NCBI GenBank assembly: GCA_003599485.1
Contig: QZKM01000018.1
Span: 278-64,277 of the forward strand
Direction of reading: 5' to 3'
DNA: 64,000 nt
From: Gammaproteobacteria bacterium
GTDB lineage: Bacteria; Pseudomonadota; Gammaproteobacteria; SURF-13
Shown: in pieces, positions 1 through 12,075 of the stretch
Layout: each line of letters opens with the position of its first letter
Numbering within the stretch: position 1 is the stretch's first letter
Translations under genes and position numbers: made by a program
The notes under the pieces: model-generated
What the model saw: only the letters and a program-made list of their open reading frames with translations
Told to the model about the DNA's origin: nothing
Database searches by the model: none

Positions 1-607
<607 letters not shown>

Positions 608-1744
608 TCATTGACGCAAATCCTCGAAGAATTTCTTGATGCCGTCCAGCCAGGAACTGGCGCGCGGGCTGTGTTTTCTGCCGCCTTCGCTGAGGCTCTG
701 CTCCAGTTCATTGAGCAACGCCTTCTGGCGCGCATTGAGGTTGACCGGTGTTTCCACCGTGACGCGGCATAACAGGTCGCCCGCCTCGCCGCCGCGCACC
801 GAACGCACGCCCTTGCCGCGCAGGCGGAACAGTTTTCCGGACTGCGTCTCCGGCGGGATTTTCAGCTTCACGCGGCCGTCCAATGTCGGCACTTCAAGCT
901 CGCCGCCCAGCGCCGCCGTGATGAACGAGACCGGCACCTCGCACAACAGATCGTTGCCTTCGCGGGCAAAAATGGGATGCTCGCGCACGTTGATGTGCAC
1001 GTACAGGTCGCCCGGCGGTCCGCCTTTGAAGCCCGCCTCGCCTTCGCCGCTGAGACGAATGCGGTCGCCGTTATCCACGCCCGCGGGTATTTTCACCGAC
1101 AGGGTTTTAGGCTCCTGGATGCGCCCTTGGCCGTGACAGGCGGCGCAGGGATCGCTGATGAGTTCGCCGCTGCCGCGGCAGCGCGGACAGGTTTGCTGCA
1201 AAGAGAAGAAGCCCTGCTGCATACGCACCTGGCCTTGACCGCCGCATGTGGGGCACACGGTGGGCTTGGTGCCGGGCTTGGCGCCGCTGCCGCCGCAGGC
1301 GCGGCAGGCGGCTTGCGCCGGAACGCGGATGTTGACGGTGGTGCCGTGCACCGCGTCTTCCAGACTGATGTCCAGGTTATAACGCAGATCGGCGCCGGCG
1401 TGCACCGCGCCCGCTCCGGCGCGCCCGGCGCCGAAGATATCGCCGAATACGTCACTGAAGATGTCCGTAAAGGCGGCGCCGCGGCCATGCGCCGCACCCG
1501 CCCCGGCCGCGGCGCCGGCGTCCACACCCGCGTGCCCAAACTGGTCGTAGGCGCTGCGTTTGCGCGCGTCGCTGAGGATTTCGTAGGCTTCCTTGGCCTC
1601 CTTGAACTTCTCTTCCGCCGTCTTGTCGTTGGGATTACGGTCGGGATGGAGCTTCATGGCCAAGCGGCGGTAGGCCTTCTTGATCTCCTCGTCGCTCGCG
1701 TTGCGCACCACGCCCAGCGTTTCGTAGTAATCGCGTTTTGCCAT
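608..1744 (-). CDS. dnaJ: Chaperone DnaJ
   Basis: J-domain with HPD motif (KLHPDRNP), Gly-rich linker, four CxxCxGxG zinc-finger repeats and a C-terminal domain. Immediately downstream of dnaK. Confidence 0.95.
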   Translation of the reverse strand: MAKRDYYETLGVVRNASDEEIKKAYRRLAMKLHPDRNPNDKTAEEKFKEAKEAYEILSDARKRSAYDQFGHAGVDAGAAAGAGAAHGRGAAFTDIFSDVFGDIFGAGRAGAGAVHAGADLRYNLDISLEDAVHGTTVNIRVPAQAACRACGGSGAKPGTKPTVCPTCGGQGQVRMQQGFFSLQQTCPRCRGSGELISDPCAACHGQGRIQEPKTLSVKIPAGVDNGDRIRLSGEGEAGFKGGPPGDLYVHINVREHPIFAREGNDLLCEVPVSFITAALGGELEVPTLDGRVKLKIPPETQSGKLFRLRGKGVRSVRGGEAGDLLCRVTVETPVNLNARQKALLNELEQSLSEGGRKHSPRASSWLDGIKKFFEDLRQ

Positions 1745-1767
1745 GTTGTTTGCCGGACCCTGAAACG

Positions 1768-1796
1768 CAAACGCAGAGCACCGTGCTCTGCGTTTG
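1768..1796 (-). other. dnaK-dnaJ intercistronic hairpin (14-bp near-perfect palindrome CAAACGCAGAGCAC-c-GTGCTCTGCGTTTG)
   Basis: Palindrome seen directly in the sequence between the dnaK stop and dnaJ start. No following U-run, so a processing, stability or attenuator element is more likely than a full terminator. Confidence 0.5.
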
Positions 1797-1832
1797 TACT
1801 GCCTTGCATTCTAACATCAAAATAACGGCAGT

Positions 1833-3755
<1,923 letters not shown>

Positions 3756-3819
3756 GTTTTAATTCTCCTTGATAAACAATGGCATGTGCGGATTTTGCGC
3801 ACCTTGCCGAATAGGGGGT

Positions 3820-3848
3820 ATATAAGGCTGGGTAAGCATGGTTTCAAG
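3820..3848 (-). promoter_or_regulatory. Sigma-32-type heat-shock promoter for dnaK
   Basis: The minus strand reads CTTGAAA-N14-CCTTATAT, a good match to the sigma-32 consensus CTTGAAA-N13-15-CCCCATNT. It lies about 65 nt upstream of the dnaK start and overlaps the grpE stop codon. Confidence 0.55.
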
Positions 3849-4383
3849 CCCCGGCGCCGTCCGCGGCGGGCGCCTTGGCCACGATCACCAGCGCCGGGCG
3901 GATGACCCGGTCATGCAGCAGGTAGCCCTTTTGACACACGGTAAGCACGGTGTCCGGCGCGGCGTCTGGCGATTCCACGGCCGACATCGCCTGATGCAGT
4001 TTGGGGTCGAATTTCTGCCCCGCCGGGTCAAGCGTCTTGACGTTGAACTTTTCCAATACATTACTGAGCAGCTTGCGGGTGAGCGTCATGCCCTCCACCA
4101 GTTTATCCGCCGCGGCATGGCCCGCCGCCGCGGCCAGCCCGGACTCCAGACTGTCCATCACCGGCAGCAGTTCGCCGACAATCCTCTCCAGGCCGTATTT
4201 GTGCGCGGCCTCGATGTCGCGCTCCGCGCGCTTGCGGAAATTCTCCATCTCGGCGCGCGCGCGCAACACCTGATCCCAGTGCGCGTCCGCCTTGGCGCGT
4301 GCGTCTTCCAGCAGCAGATGCAGTTCCTGTGTTCCGGATACGGGCGGCTGTTCACTGGCAGCCGTTACGTTTTCTTCCGTCAT
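3844..4383 (-). CDS. grpE: Nucleotide exchange factor GrpE
   Basis: 179 aa, acidic N-terminus and GrpE fold sequence. Positioned between hrcA and dnaK. Confidence 0.9.
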   Translation of the reverse strand: MTEENVTAASEQPPVSGTQELHLLLEDARAKADAHWDQVLRARAEMENFRKRAERDIEAAHKYGLERIVGELLPVMDSLESGLAAAAGHAAADKLVEGMTLTRKLLSNVLEKFNVKTLDPAGQKFDPKLHQAMSAVESPDAAPDTVLTVCQKGYLLHDRVIRPALVIVAKAPAADGAGA

Positions 4384-4423
4384 GGGTCACTCTAAAATAA
4401 TTGAAAAACTGACAATACCCAAC

Positions 4424-4452
4424 AATGTGGGCGGTTCAACGCTGAGTCAAGG
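4424..4452 (-). promoter_or_regulatory. Putative sigma-32-like promoter for grpE
   Basis: The minus strand reads CTTGACT-N14-CCCACATT upstream of grpE, inside the 3' end of hrcA. The match to the sigma-32 consensus is weaker than at dnaK. Confidence 0.35.
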
Positions 4453-5506
4453 CCGCCCCGAGCAACCTGGCGGTGATATCCACCAGCGGTATCACGCGCT
4501 CATAGCCCATGCGCGTCGGCCCCACCACGCCCAGCACACCCGCCACCTGGCCGCCCGCCTCGTAAGGCGCGGTGATCAGACTGTAATCCTCCAGCGCGTC
4601 ATAACCCGACTCCGCGCCAATGAAGATTTGCACTCCCTTCGCGTGCAGGCACTGATCCAGCAGATGCAGAATGTCACGTTTCTGGTTAAACACCTCGAAC
4701 AACTGGCGCAGCTTCTCCACGCTGTCGGTCTCCGCGCGCGACAGCAAATGCGCCTGCCCCTTGACCACGTAATCCGGCTCGGATTCCGGCACGGCAAAGG
4801 CCTTGTCCGCCATCTCGATGGCCAGGCGCATCATGTCGTTCATGCGTTCGCGCGTCTCTTGCAGTTCCTTGAGCAGGGTTTCGCGCACGGTATGCAAATC
4901 CTGCCCCGCGCACAGGCTGTTAAGATAATTCGCCGCCTGTTGCAGCTCTGACGGACTGTACTGGCGCGCGGTGTGGATGATGCGGTTCTGCACTTCGCGC
5001 TCGTTGGTGACGAGTATCACCAGCACGCGATTTTCCGACAGCGGCAGGAATTCCACCTGGCGCAACACCGGCTGGAGGCGGCGCGGCAACAGCACCAGAC
5101 TGGCCAGCTTGCTCACCTCGGACAGTACGTTGGAAGCGGTCTCCATGAGATCGCCGATATCCTTGTCCGGGTCGAGTTCGCTTTGCAGCCGCCGTACCTC
5201 GCCGCTGGCGGGCGGTTGCATGGTGAGCAGGCTGTCCACGAAAAAGCGGTAGCCCTGCGCGGTGGGAATGCGCCCGGCCGAGGTATGCGGTGAAGTGATG
5301 AGCCCCATATCCTCCAGGTCGGCCATCACGTTGCGGATGGTCGCCGGGCTCAGTTCGAAGCCCGTGTCGCGCGCCAGCGCGCGCGAACTCACCGGCTGTC
5401 CCTCACTGATATAACGCTCCACCAGCACGCGCAACAACTGCCGCGCACGGTCGCCGATGACAGCCGGATTGCTCACCATAACACCCTGACTTTGCTGATA
5501 AATCAT
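4436..5506 (-). CDS. hrcA: Heat-inducible transcriptional repressor HrcA (real start probably the internal Met near 5476, MVSNPAV...)
   Basis: 356-aa ORF with an HrcA-family winged-helix N-terminus (ARDTGFELSPATIRNVMADLEDMGL) and a C-terminal inducer-binding domain. Confidence 0.9.
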   Translation of the reverse strand: MIYQQSQGVMVSNPAVIGDRARQLLRVLVERYISEGQPVSSRALARDTGFELSPATIRNVMADLEDMGLITSPHTSAGRIPTAQGYRFFVDSLLTMQPPASGEVRRLQSELDPDKDIGDLMETASNVLSEVSKLASLVLLPRRLQPVLRQVEFLPLSENRVLVILVTNEREVQNRIIHTARQYSPSELQQAANYLNSLCAGQDLHTVRETLLKELQETRERMNDMMRLAIEMADKAFAVPESEPDYVVKGQAHLLSRAETDSVEKLRQLFEVFNQKRDILHLLDQCLHAKGVQIFIGAESGYDALEDYSLITAPYEAGGQVAGVLGVVGPTRMGYERVIPLVDITARLLGAALTQR

Positions 5507-5513
5507 TGCTATT

Positions 5514-5540
5514 TTAGCACTCGCACGAAGCGAGCGCCAT
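5514..5540. promoter_or_regulatory. Degenerate CIRCE-like inverted repeat (TTAGCACTC-N9-GAGCGCCAT) in the divergent hrcA/nadK intergenic region
   Basis: The first half-site matches the CIRCE consensus TTAGCACTC exactly. The second half matches GAGTGCTAA at 6 of 9 positions. Confidence 0.35.
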
Positions 5541-5607
5541 GCCCGGTGTGCACCCTGCGCGGCCGGCGGGGATGGATGAAGCGCGGGCGATATGTTAAGT
5601 TTGCGCT

Positions 5608-6510
5608 ATGTCGCCGCCTGCAAAATCCAAATCCATACAAGCGTTTAAATCCGCCGGCCTGATCGGCAAGTATGGCGATCCCGGCGCGGGCGGCACGCTC
5701 AGGGAACTCAGCGGCTATCTCCGGCAGCGCCGCATCGAGGTGTTGCTGGACGAAGGCACGGCGCAGTTGCTGCCCGGCCACGGGCTGGAAACCGGCTCGC
5801 GCGATGAGATAGGCAGGCGTTGCGATCTGGTGATTGTGATCGGCGGCGACGGCACCCTGCTCAACGCAGCGCGCTCGCTGGTGAGTTTCGGCATCCCGCT
5901 GCTCGGCGTGAATCTGGGCCGGCTCGGTTTTCTGGTGGATATTTCATCGCAGGAAATGACGCAGCGGCTGGATGATATCCTCGCCGGGCATTACCTCGAG
6001 GAAAAACGGCTGTTGCTGCACGCCTCGGTGGAACGCGATGGCGAGGTAACCAGCGCGAGCGATGCGTTTAATGACGTGGTGCTGCACAAATGGGACGCCG
6101 CGCGCATGATCGAATTCGACGTGCACATCAACGGGCGATTCGTGAACACCTACCGCTCCGACGGCATGATCGTCTCCACCCCCACCGGCTCGACGGCGTA
6201 TGCCTTGTCCAGCAACGGGCCGATCCTGCATCCCACGCTTGACGCGGTGGCGCTGGTGCCGATTTGCCCGCATACCATGAGCAACCGCCCCATCGTGGTG
6301 GAAAGCGGCAGCCGCATCGAGATCAAGGTGGATGAGGCCAGCGCAAAGAACGCGCGCATCACCTGCGACGGCCAGATCAGCCTGAGCTTGACGCCTGGCG
6401 CGCGCGTCGTCGTCGGTAAAAAAGATCAATGCGTGCGGCTGATACACCCCGCCAACTACGACTACTACCAGATGCTGCGCGCCAAGCTGCATTGGGGGGA
6501 AAATTTCTAG
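5608..6510 (+). CDS. nadK: NAD(+) kinase
   Basis: GDGT motif (VIVIGGDGTLL) and NAD kinase family sequence throughout. Confidence 0.9.
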   Translation: MSPPAKSKSIQAFKSAGLIGKYGDPGAGGTLRELSGYLRQRRIEVLLDEGTAQLLPGHGLETGSRDEIGRRCDLVIVIGGDGTLLNAARSLVSFGIPLLGVNLGRLGFLVDISSQEMTQRLDDILAGHYLEEKRLLLHASVERDGEVTSASDAFNDVVLHKWDAARMIEFDVHINGRFVNTYRSDGMIVSTPTGSTAYALSSNGPILHPTLDAVALVPICPHTMSNRPIVVESGSRIEIKVDEASAKNARITCDGQISLSLTPGARVVVGKKDQCVRLIHPANYDYYQMLRAKLHWGENF

Positions 6511-6522
6511 CAAGGGTCATTC

Positions 6523-8226
6523 ATGCTGACGCATCTTGGCATCCGCGATTTCGCCATCATTGAAAATCTGGATCTCGATCTCGGCGAGGGCATGACCGTG
6601 CTCACCGGCGAGACCGGCGCGGGCAAGTCCATCATCGTGGACGCGTTGCTGCTCGCCCTGGGCGGGCGCGCCGGGAACGGCATGATCCGCCACGGCGCGA
6701 CGCGCGCCGAAATCAGCGCCAGTTTCGATCTCGGAAAAATCCCGCGCGCGCGCGCGTGGCTGGATGAGCACGATCTGGAGGACGCGCCGGACTGCGTGCT
6801 GCGCCGCATCATCACCCGGGAAGGCCGCTCCAAGGCCTACATCAACGCCTCCAGCGTGCCGCTGCAACTGTTGCAGGAGCTGGGCGATCTGCTGGTAGAC
6901 ATCCACGGCCAGCATGAGCATCAGTCACTGTTGCAGCGCAACGCGCAACGTGAGCATCTGGATGATTACGCCGGTCACGCCCCACTGCTGGCCGATCTCG
7001 CGTCCCTGCATAAGCGCTGGATTAACAGCGCGCGCGAACTGGACACCCTGCTGCGAGCCCAGAGCGAGCGCGAAACCCGGCTCACCCTGCTGCGCTATCA
7101 GGTGCAGGAACTGGATGCGCTGAAGCTGGAGCCCGGTGAGTGGCCGGCGCTGAATGCCGAACATGCGCGGCTTGCCAACGTAAACCGTCTGCTGGAAACC
7201 GCGCAGGGCGCGCTGTCCGCATTATATGAAAATGAACAGGGCTCGGCCTTGGGGCTGCTCACACGCAGCGCGAACGAGCTGCAGAAGCTGCATGAATATG
7301 ACGCCAAGCTGATAAAGCTGAGCGAACTGCTCGACGGCGCCGCCATTCAACTGCACGAGGCGGTGAATGAACTGCGTCATTATCTCGATCACCTGGAAGG
7401 CGATCCTGAGCGCCTGCACAAGGTGGAGCAGCGTCTGGCCGATATTCATGACCTGGCGCGCAAGCATCGCGTATCGCCGGATGAATTACCCGGCCTGCAT
7501 CAACGCCTGGCGGAGGAATTGGCCAATATCGAAGGCGCTGACGCGCGCCTGGAACAACTGCAAAAGGAAACTGCCGCGTCACGCGCGGCCTACCTCGCGC
7601 TGGCGGAAAAATTGAGCACCGCGCGCGCGAGACAGGCCGGGGAATTGCAAAAGCTGGTGACGGCGCGCATGCAACAGCTCGGTATGCCGGGCGGACGGTT
7701 TGAAATTCAGCTCGAGCGCGTGGCGGAAGATCAATACGCGGTGCATGGTCTGGATCGGGTGGAGTTTCTGGTGAGCGCCAATCCCGGCCAGCCGCTCAAG
7801 CCCCTGAACAAGGTCGCCTCCGGCGGCGAGTTGTCGCGCATCAGCCTCGCCATACAGGTCATCAGCGCGCAGAGCGGTCGCATCCCGACCTTGATCTTCG
7901 ATGAGGTGGACGTCGGCGTCGGTGGCGGCGTGGCGGAGATCGTGGGACAGCAGTTACGCGCCTTGAGCGGACAGCGCCAGGTGTTGTGCGTGACGCACCT
8001 GCCGCAGGTGGCGGCGCAAGGGCGGCATCACATCCAGGTGAGCAAGGAGACCAGAAAAGAGGCCACAAACATCACGCTGCGGCCGCTTGACGTCGAGGAA
8101 CGGCGGGATGAGATCGCGCGCATGCTGGGCGGGGTGAAAATCACCGAACAGACACTGGCCCACGCCGGCGAGATGCTGGACAACGCTCAGATCAAGGAGT
8201 CAAAAGTCAAAAGAGCCAAGGGCTGA
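6523..8226 (+). CDS. recN: DNA repair protein RecN
   Basis: 567 aa. N-terminal Walker A (GETGAGKS), long coiled-coil region and C-terminal SMC-like signature. Confidence 0.93.
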   Translation: MLTHLGIRDFAIIENLDLDLGEGMTVLTGETGAGKSIIVDALLLALGGRAGNGMIRHGATRAEISASFDLGKIPRARAWLDEHDLEDAPDCVLRRIITREGRSKAYINASSVPLQLLQELGDLLVDIHGQHEHQSLLQRNAQREHLDDYAGHAPLLADLASLHKRWINSARELDTLLRAQSERETRLTLLRYQVQELDALKLEPGEWPALNAEHARLANVNRLLETAQGALSALYENEQGSALGLLTRSANELQKLHEYDAKLIKLSELLDGAAIQLHEAVNELRHYLDHLEGDPERLHKVEQRLADIHDLARKHRVSPDELPGLHQRLAEELANIEGADARLEQLQKETAASRAAYLALAEKLSTARARQAGELQKLVTARMQQLGMPGGRFEIQLERVAEDQYAVHGLDRVEFLVSANPGQPLKPLNKVASGGELSRISLAIQVISAQSGRIPTLIFDEVDVGVGGGVAEIVGQQLRALSGQRQVLCVTHLPQVAAQGRHHIQVSKETRKEATNITLRPLDVEERRDEIARMLGGVKITEQTLAHAGEMLDNAQIKESKVKRAKG

Positions 8227-8236
8227 TCCACGCGCG

Positions 8237-8836
8237 TTACCAGTAACGCACGCGGCCTGTATCCAAGTGCACGAAATTGGGGCCGCGGTAATAGCCCACA
8301 CCGCCGCCTTGCAACGCCATCGCCGCCTTGCGCACCTGCGCGAGGTCGCGCCCCGGCACGCGGACGTCTATCGCCATGCCGTGCATATGCAAACTGCGTT
8401 TGGCCACGCCGCCACTGCGTTCCGCCAGCCGGGCGTTGGTTTCCGGTGAACGGTAGGCCGAAATGATGTGAAACGGCTCGCGTGTGCGCAGCTTCAGCTT
8501 CAATTCGTACAGCAAATCGAGCACGCGCGCGTCCATCTCGCCCACGGCATCGCTGTAATGATCGCGCAGCACGTAGTTAATCTCGCTCAGCGCTTCGGGA
8601 ATATACGCCCCCTCCATGCTGTACACCAGCTTGAGCTTCTCGCCGGTATGCGTGTTGTAGAAGGCGATCTCGCGCGCGGACTCCACGGCGCGGTTTGGCT
8701 TGGCCCAGGCGGTCGCGGGCAACAGCCCAGCCACGCCTGCCGCCACGCCGAACTTTAAAAAGCCGCGCCGGTTCAGGCTTTTCTGTCCAGTGCGGCCATT
8801 TCCCCCGGCCTGCTCGTCGAATCTGTCATCATTCAT
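8237..8836 (-). CDS. DUF882 / peptidase M15 family protein, MepK (YcbK)-like murein endopeptidase with Tat signal
   Basis: Twin-arginine motif RRGFLKFG. The YcbK-like core includes HMHGMAIDVRVPG. It overlaps the upstream L,D-transpeptidase gene by 8 nt. Confidence 0.7.
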   Translation of the reverse strand: MNDDRFDEQAGGNGRTGQKSLNRRGFLKFGVAAGVAGLLPATAWAKPNRAVESAREIAFYNTHTGEKLKLVYSMEGAYIPEALSEINYVLRDHYSDAVGEMDARVLDLLYELKLKLRTREPFHIISAYRSPETNARLAERSGGVAKRSLHMHGMAIDVRVPGRDLAQVRKAAMALQGGGVGYYRGPNFVHLDTGRVRYW

Positions 8837-9749
8837 GTTCTGTCTCCTGCTTCTCCCTATTTTGTTCGACCTGCGAAGCGCCGACCTCGCGCGCCAGCCC
8901 TTCCTTCTGTTTGAGTACTTGCGCCGCCTTTTCCCAGGCTATCATCTCTGTGATTCCGGCCTCGGCGGCCAGATGCTGCACCCTTTTTAACGGATTGCCC
9001 CCTCGTTTGTAAACATCCGGGTGTGCTTCAAGAAAGATACGCCCACCCGGAAGCTGCGCCAGCAAAACAGGCTGATATATAATTTTACCAGCAAGATTAA
9101 CGGAGATGTGGGGAAATAACTCGAAAATGTCATCCGGATGTAAACGGATGCAACCGTGGCTTTGAAACCGGTATACACTGGTAGGTGCAATGGTGCCGTG
9201 TATGCCGATACTCGGCAGGCTGAGCCCCAGCCAGTACTTTCCCAAGGGATTGTCGGGACCGGGCGGAACCCTGGTTACCACTTCCTTCCCTTCCCGGCGC
9301 ATCTCCTCCTGAATGGAGAGCGGCACATCCCAAGTGGGGTTTTCCTCCAGAGTGAGCACCGTGAACTTGCCCGTGGGCGTAGGCCAGTCGGGGCGCCCCA
9401 GACCGACCGGATACGAGGCGAACAGCGCTTCATCCTTGAAGAAAAACAACATGCGCTGCGGCAGGTTGATGAGGATGCCCGTGCTCAGGCCTTCCGGCAC
9501 GATGTGCCGGTTCTCCACGCGCAGTTCTTGCCCGGGCTGGAGACGCGCGTTGGACTCCAGGCCATTGAGTCGCGCGAGCAGCGCCGCGTCCACGCCAAAA
9601 CGCGAGCCAATCTTGCCGAGCGAGTCGTCCTTTTGCACCGTATAGGTAAACTCGCCGCCGGTGAGGATGTCCGGCAGGCGCGGCGTGTCGTTTGCGGCGG
9701 CGGCGATGCTGACCGCAGCCAGCAGACAGGAGAATATCCGGCTTTTCAT
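8829..9749 (-). CDS. L,D-transpeptidase (YkuD domain) with N-terminal LysM domain and signal peptide
   Basis: LysM-like segment (YTVQKDDSLGKIGSRFGVDAALLARLNGL). Catalytic motif HGCIRL with the conserved His and Cys of YkuD enzymes. Confidence 0.8.
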   Translation of the reverse strand: MKSRIFSCLLAAVSIAAAANDTPRLPDILTGGEFTYTVQKDDSLGKIGSRFGVDAALLARLNGLESNARLQPGQELRVENRHIVPEGLSTGILINLPQRMLFFFKDEALFASYPVGLGRPDWPTPTGKFTVLTLEENPTWDVPLSIQEEMRREGKEVVTRVPPGPDNPLGKYWLGLSLPSIGIHGTIAPTSVYRFQSHGCIRLHPDDIFELFPHISVNLAGKIIYQPVLLAQLPGGRIFLEAHPDVYKRGGNPLKRVQHLAAEAGITEMIAWEKAAQVLKQKEGLAREVGASQVEQNREKQETEHE

Positions 9750-9812
9750 TATTTTTTAAACCCGTCCAGTCAGGTTTAATTCATGCCGGATAGCGGCTGT
9801 ACGATCCGCCGA

Positions 9813-10265
9813 TTATGCTCCCTTAACGCGCTGGCAAGCCGCGCAGATGCCGTAGATGTAGAGCGAATGATCGGTCATGGAAAAACCGGCCTTTTTGGCG
9901 ATGGCGCGCTGGCGCTCTTCGATCATTTCGTCCATGAATTCTTCCACCTTGCCGCACTTCACGCACAGGATATGATCGTGATGCTTGCCTTCGTTGAGCT
10001 CGAACACCGAGTGGCCGCCCTCGAAGTGATGGCGCGACACCAGCCCGGCGGATTCAAACTGGGTCAGCACGCGGTACACGGTGGCAAGACCCACGTCCTC
10101 GCCGCCTTCGAGCAGGCTCTTGTAGATATCCTCGGCGCTCAGGTGGCGCTCCGGACTGCTTTCCAGCATCTGCAGAATCTTGATGCGCGGCAGCGTGGCC
10201 TTGAGCCCGGCGTTTTTCAAATCGCGGCTTTCAGCCTGGGTTCCCGTTTCCGTAGTCCGTTTCAC
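9813..10265 (-). CDS. fur: Ferric uptake regulator Fur
   Basis: Contains LKNAGLKATLPRIKILQMLE and the metal-binding histidine/cysteine patterns (HHDH, CxxC). Confidence 0.92.
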   Translation of the reverse strand: MKRTTETGTQAESRDLKNAGLKATLPRIKILQMLESSPERHLSAEDIYKSLLEGGEDVGLATVYRVLTQFESAGLVSRHHFEGGHSVFELNEGKHHDHILCVKCGKVEEFMDEMIEERQRAIAKKAGFSMTDHSLYIYGICAACQRVKGA

Positions 10266-10281
10266 TTAAAAGCGCCCTTGC

Positions 10282-10305
10282 GTTATCATGCAACAATCAT
10301 TAAAC
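10282..10305. promoter_or_regulatory. Putative Fur box in the fur/bamE divergent promoter region
   Basis: GTTATCATGCAACAATCATTAAAC partially matches the 19-bp Fur consensus GATAATGATAATCATTATC. Confidence 0.3.
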
Positions 10306-10722
10306 ATCAACCGTCCGGCCCCGTTCATGCATAAGCTTCGCATTGTTTCGCTCTTGAGCGCAAGTCTCGCGCTCGCGGGCTGCCCTTCCGTGCCCATCCC
10401 CGGCGTCCATAAGATAGACATCCAGCAGGGCAACATCATCACCCAGGAGATGGTGAGCAAACTCAAGCCCGGCATGACCAAAAATCAGGTCAAGTTCGTG
10501 CTCGGCACCCCGCCCATCACCGACGCCTTCCACCAGGACCGCTGGGACTATGTGTACAGCCTGCAACAGGGCGGCGGCGAGCGCCAGCAGCGGCGTCTCA
10601 CGCTGTTTTTTGACGGCGACAAGCTCACCCGCATCGAAGGCGACATCAAGCCCGCGTCCACTCCTCCAAACCAGCCGGACAGTGCGACTCAGAGCGAGAG
10701 CCCTGACCCGGCGGAAAACTAA
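10288..10722 (+). CDS. bamE: Outer membrane protein assembly factor BamE (lipoprotein; real start probably the Met at 10327)
   Basis: Lipobox LAGC followed by a SmpA/OmlA domain. Divergent from fur, as in Pseudomonas. Confidence 0.85.
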   Translation: MQQSLNINRPAPFMHKLRIVSLLSASLALAGCPSVPIPGVHKIDIQQGNIITQEMVSKLKPGMTKNQVKFVLGTPPITDAFHQDRWDYVYSLQQGGGERQQRRLTLFFDGDKLTRIEGDIKPASTPPNQPDSATQSESPDPAEN

Positions 10723-11051
10723 CCCCCGGCCTTGACCTGCTGCCCGGCGCGCTGCTTACGCGCCTGCCTGGGGTCGGCGATGAGCGGCCGGTTGATCTCC
10801 ACCCGGTCGCGCGCGCGCAGAATCTGGTCGAGTTTGGCGAGCTTGCCGTACACGCTCACCTTGTTCACGTTGAGATCAATCTCCGGGAAACGCTCCAGAA
10901 TACCGGAGGCGTGGATCGCCTGCTCCAATGTGCTGCCCGCGGGCAATTCCAGCGGCAGAATGACCTGCACATCCGGCCGCGCATAGGCGACCTCCACGTT
11001 AATCGTGCGCGCCCCAGCCTGCGCCGCGGCAGGCAGGTCAGCGTTTGCCAT
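10719..11051 (-). CDS. ratB: RnfH/UPF0125 family protein, RatB/YfjF-like (start assumed at the internal Met; ORF extends to 11159)
   Basis: The sequence MANADL...INVEVAYARPDVQVILPLELPAGSTLEQAIHASGI matches the RnfH family. It sits downstream of, and overlaps, the RatA-like gene. Confidence 0.7.
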   Translation of the reverse strand: MANADLPAAAQAGARTINVEVAYARPDVQVILPLELPAGSTLEQAIHASGILERFPEIDLNVNKVSVYGKLAKLDQILRARDRVEINRPLIADPRQARKQRAGQQVKAGG

Positions 11052-11469
11052 ACACCTGCCTTGCGCGTTCGCAAAAGGCGTCCACCAGGCTGTTGCTGAT
11101 CTGGTTGAACACCGGGCCGAACGCCAGCCCGACCAATTTGTTGTGAAACTCAAAATCAAGATCGAGACTCACCTTGCAGGCCTCTTCGCCCAGCGTGTCG
11201 AAACGCCAGAAACCCTCCAGGTGACGGAACGGCCCCTGCACCAGGCGCATCTCGATCATCTTGTTTTTTTGCAGCCGGTTGCAGGTGGTGAAGGACTTGT
11301 GCACCCCCCCATAGGCGATTTCCATCTCACCGTGCACCTCGTCTTCGTTGCGGCTCAGCTCGCGCGAAGCACGGCACCAGGGCAGGAATTTGTAATAAGA
11401 AGCGACATCATCCACCAGGGCGTACATATCGCCTGCCGCGTAGGGCACCAGCGCGCTTTTGCTGATCAT
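11038..11469 (-). CDS. ratA: Type II toxin RatA/YfjG family (SRPBCC, ribosome-association toxin); start at the Met of MISKSALVPY
   Basis: Aligns essentially end-to-end with the E. coli RatA pattern (..SRTALVPYSA...KSFTTRNQL...LDFEF.NKL). The stop overlaps the ratB start. Confidence 0.8.
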   Translation of the reverse strand: MISKSALVPYAAGDMYALVDDVASYYKFLPWCRASRELSRNEDEVHGEMEIAYGGVHKSFTTCNRLQKNKMIEMRLVQGPFRHLEGFWRFDTLGEEACKVSLDLDFEFHNKLVGLAFGPVFNQISNSLVDAFCERARQVYGKR

Positions 11470-11557
11470 GGCGCTATTATCGCCGACTTCCTGAAGCGGC
11501 TCAACGCGACCTTGAATCTCTGTTATTCCGGTAGCGCGGGCACTATATAATGCCTCT

Positions 11558-12025
11558 ATGAGCAAAGAGAAACCCGCGCCGCGCACCGTCGCCGTCAACA
11601 AGAAGGCGCGCCATGACTACTTTCTGGAAGGCCGGGTCGAGGCCGGCATGGCCCTGCAAGGCTGGGAAGTCAAAAGCCTGCGCGCCGGGCGCATTCAACT
11701 GAAGGAAAGCTACGTGCTGCTGAAAAACGGCGAAGCTTGGCTGTTCGGCGCCCACCTCTCCCCTCTCCCCACCGCCTCCACTCACGTCCACCCCGACCCC
11801 TTGCGCACGCGCAAACTGCTGCTGCACAAGGACGAACTGAACAAGCTCATCGGCGCGGTGGAGCGCAAGGGCTACACCCTGGTGCCGCTTTCGATTTACT
11901 GGAAAAACGGCCGCGCCAAACTGGAAATCTCCCTCGCCAAGGGCAAGCAGACGCACGACAAGCGCAATGCCGAACGCGACCGCGACTGGCAGCGCGAGAA
12001 GCAGCGCTTGCTGAAAACACGCTGA
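11558..12025 (+). CDS. smpB: SsrA-binding protein SmpB
   Basis: 155 aa, contains NKKARHDYF and [10 protein letters not shown]. Directly followed by tmRNA. Confidence 0.95.
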   Translation: MSKEKPAPRTVAVNKKARHDYFLEGRVEAGMALQGWEVKSLRAGRIQLKESYVLLKNGEAWLFGAHLSPLPTASTHVHPDPLRTRKLLLHKDELNKLIGAVERKGYTLVPLSIYWKNGRAKLEISLAKGKQTHDKRNAERDRDWQREKQRLLKTR

Positions 12026-12075
12026 CGTGGCATGGAACCCGGCATAGGGGTATACTGTCTTATCTGTAACTCATT

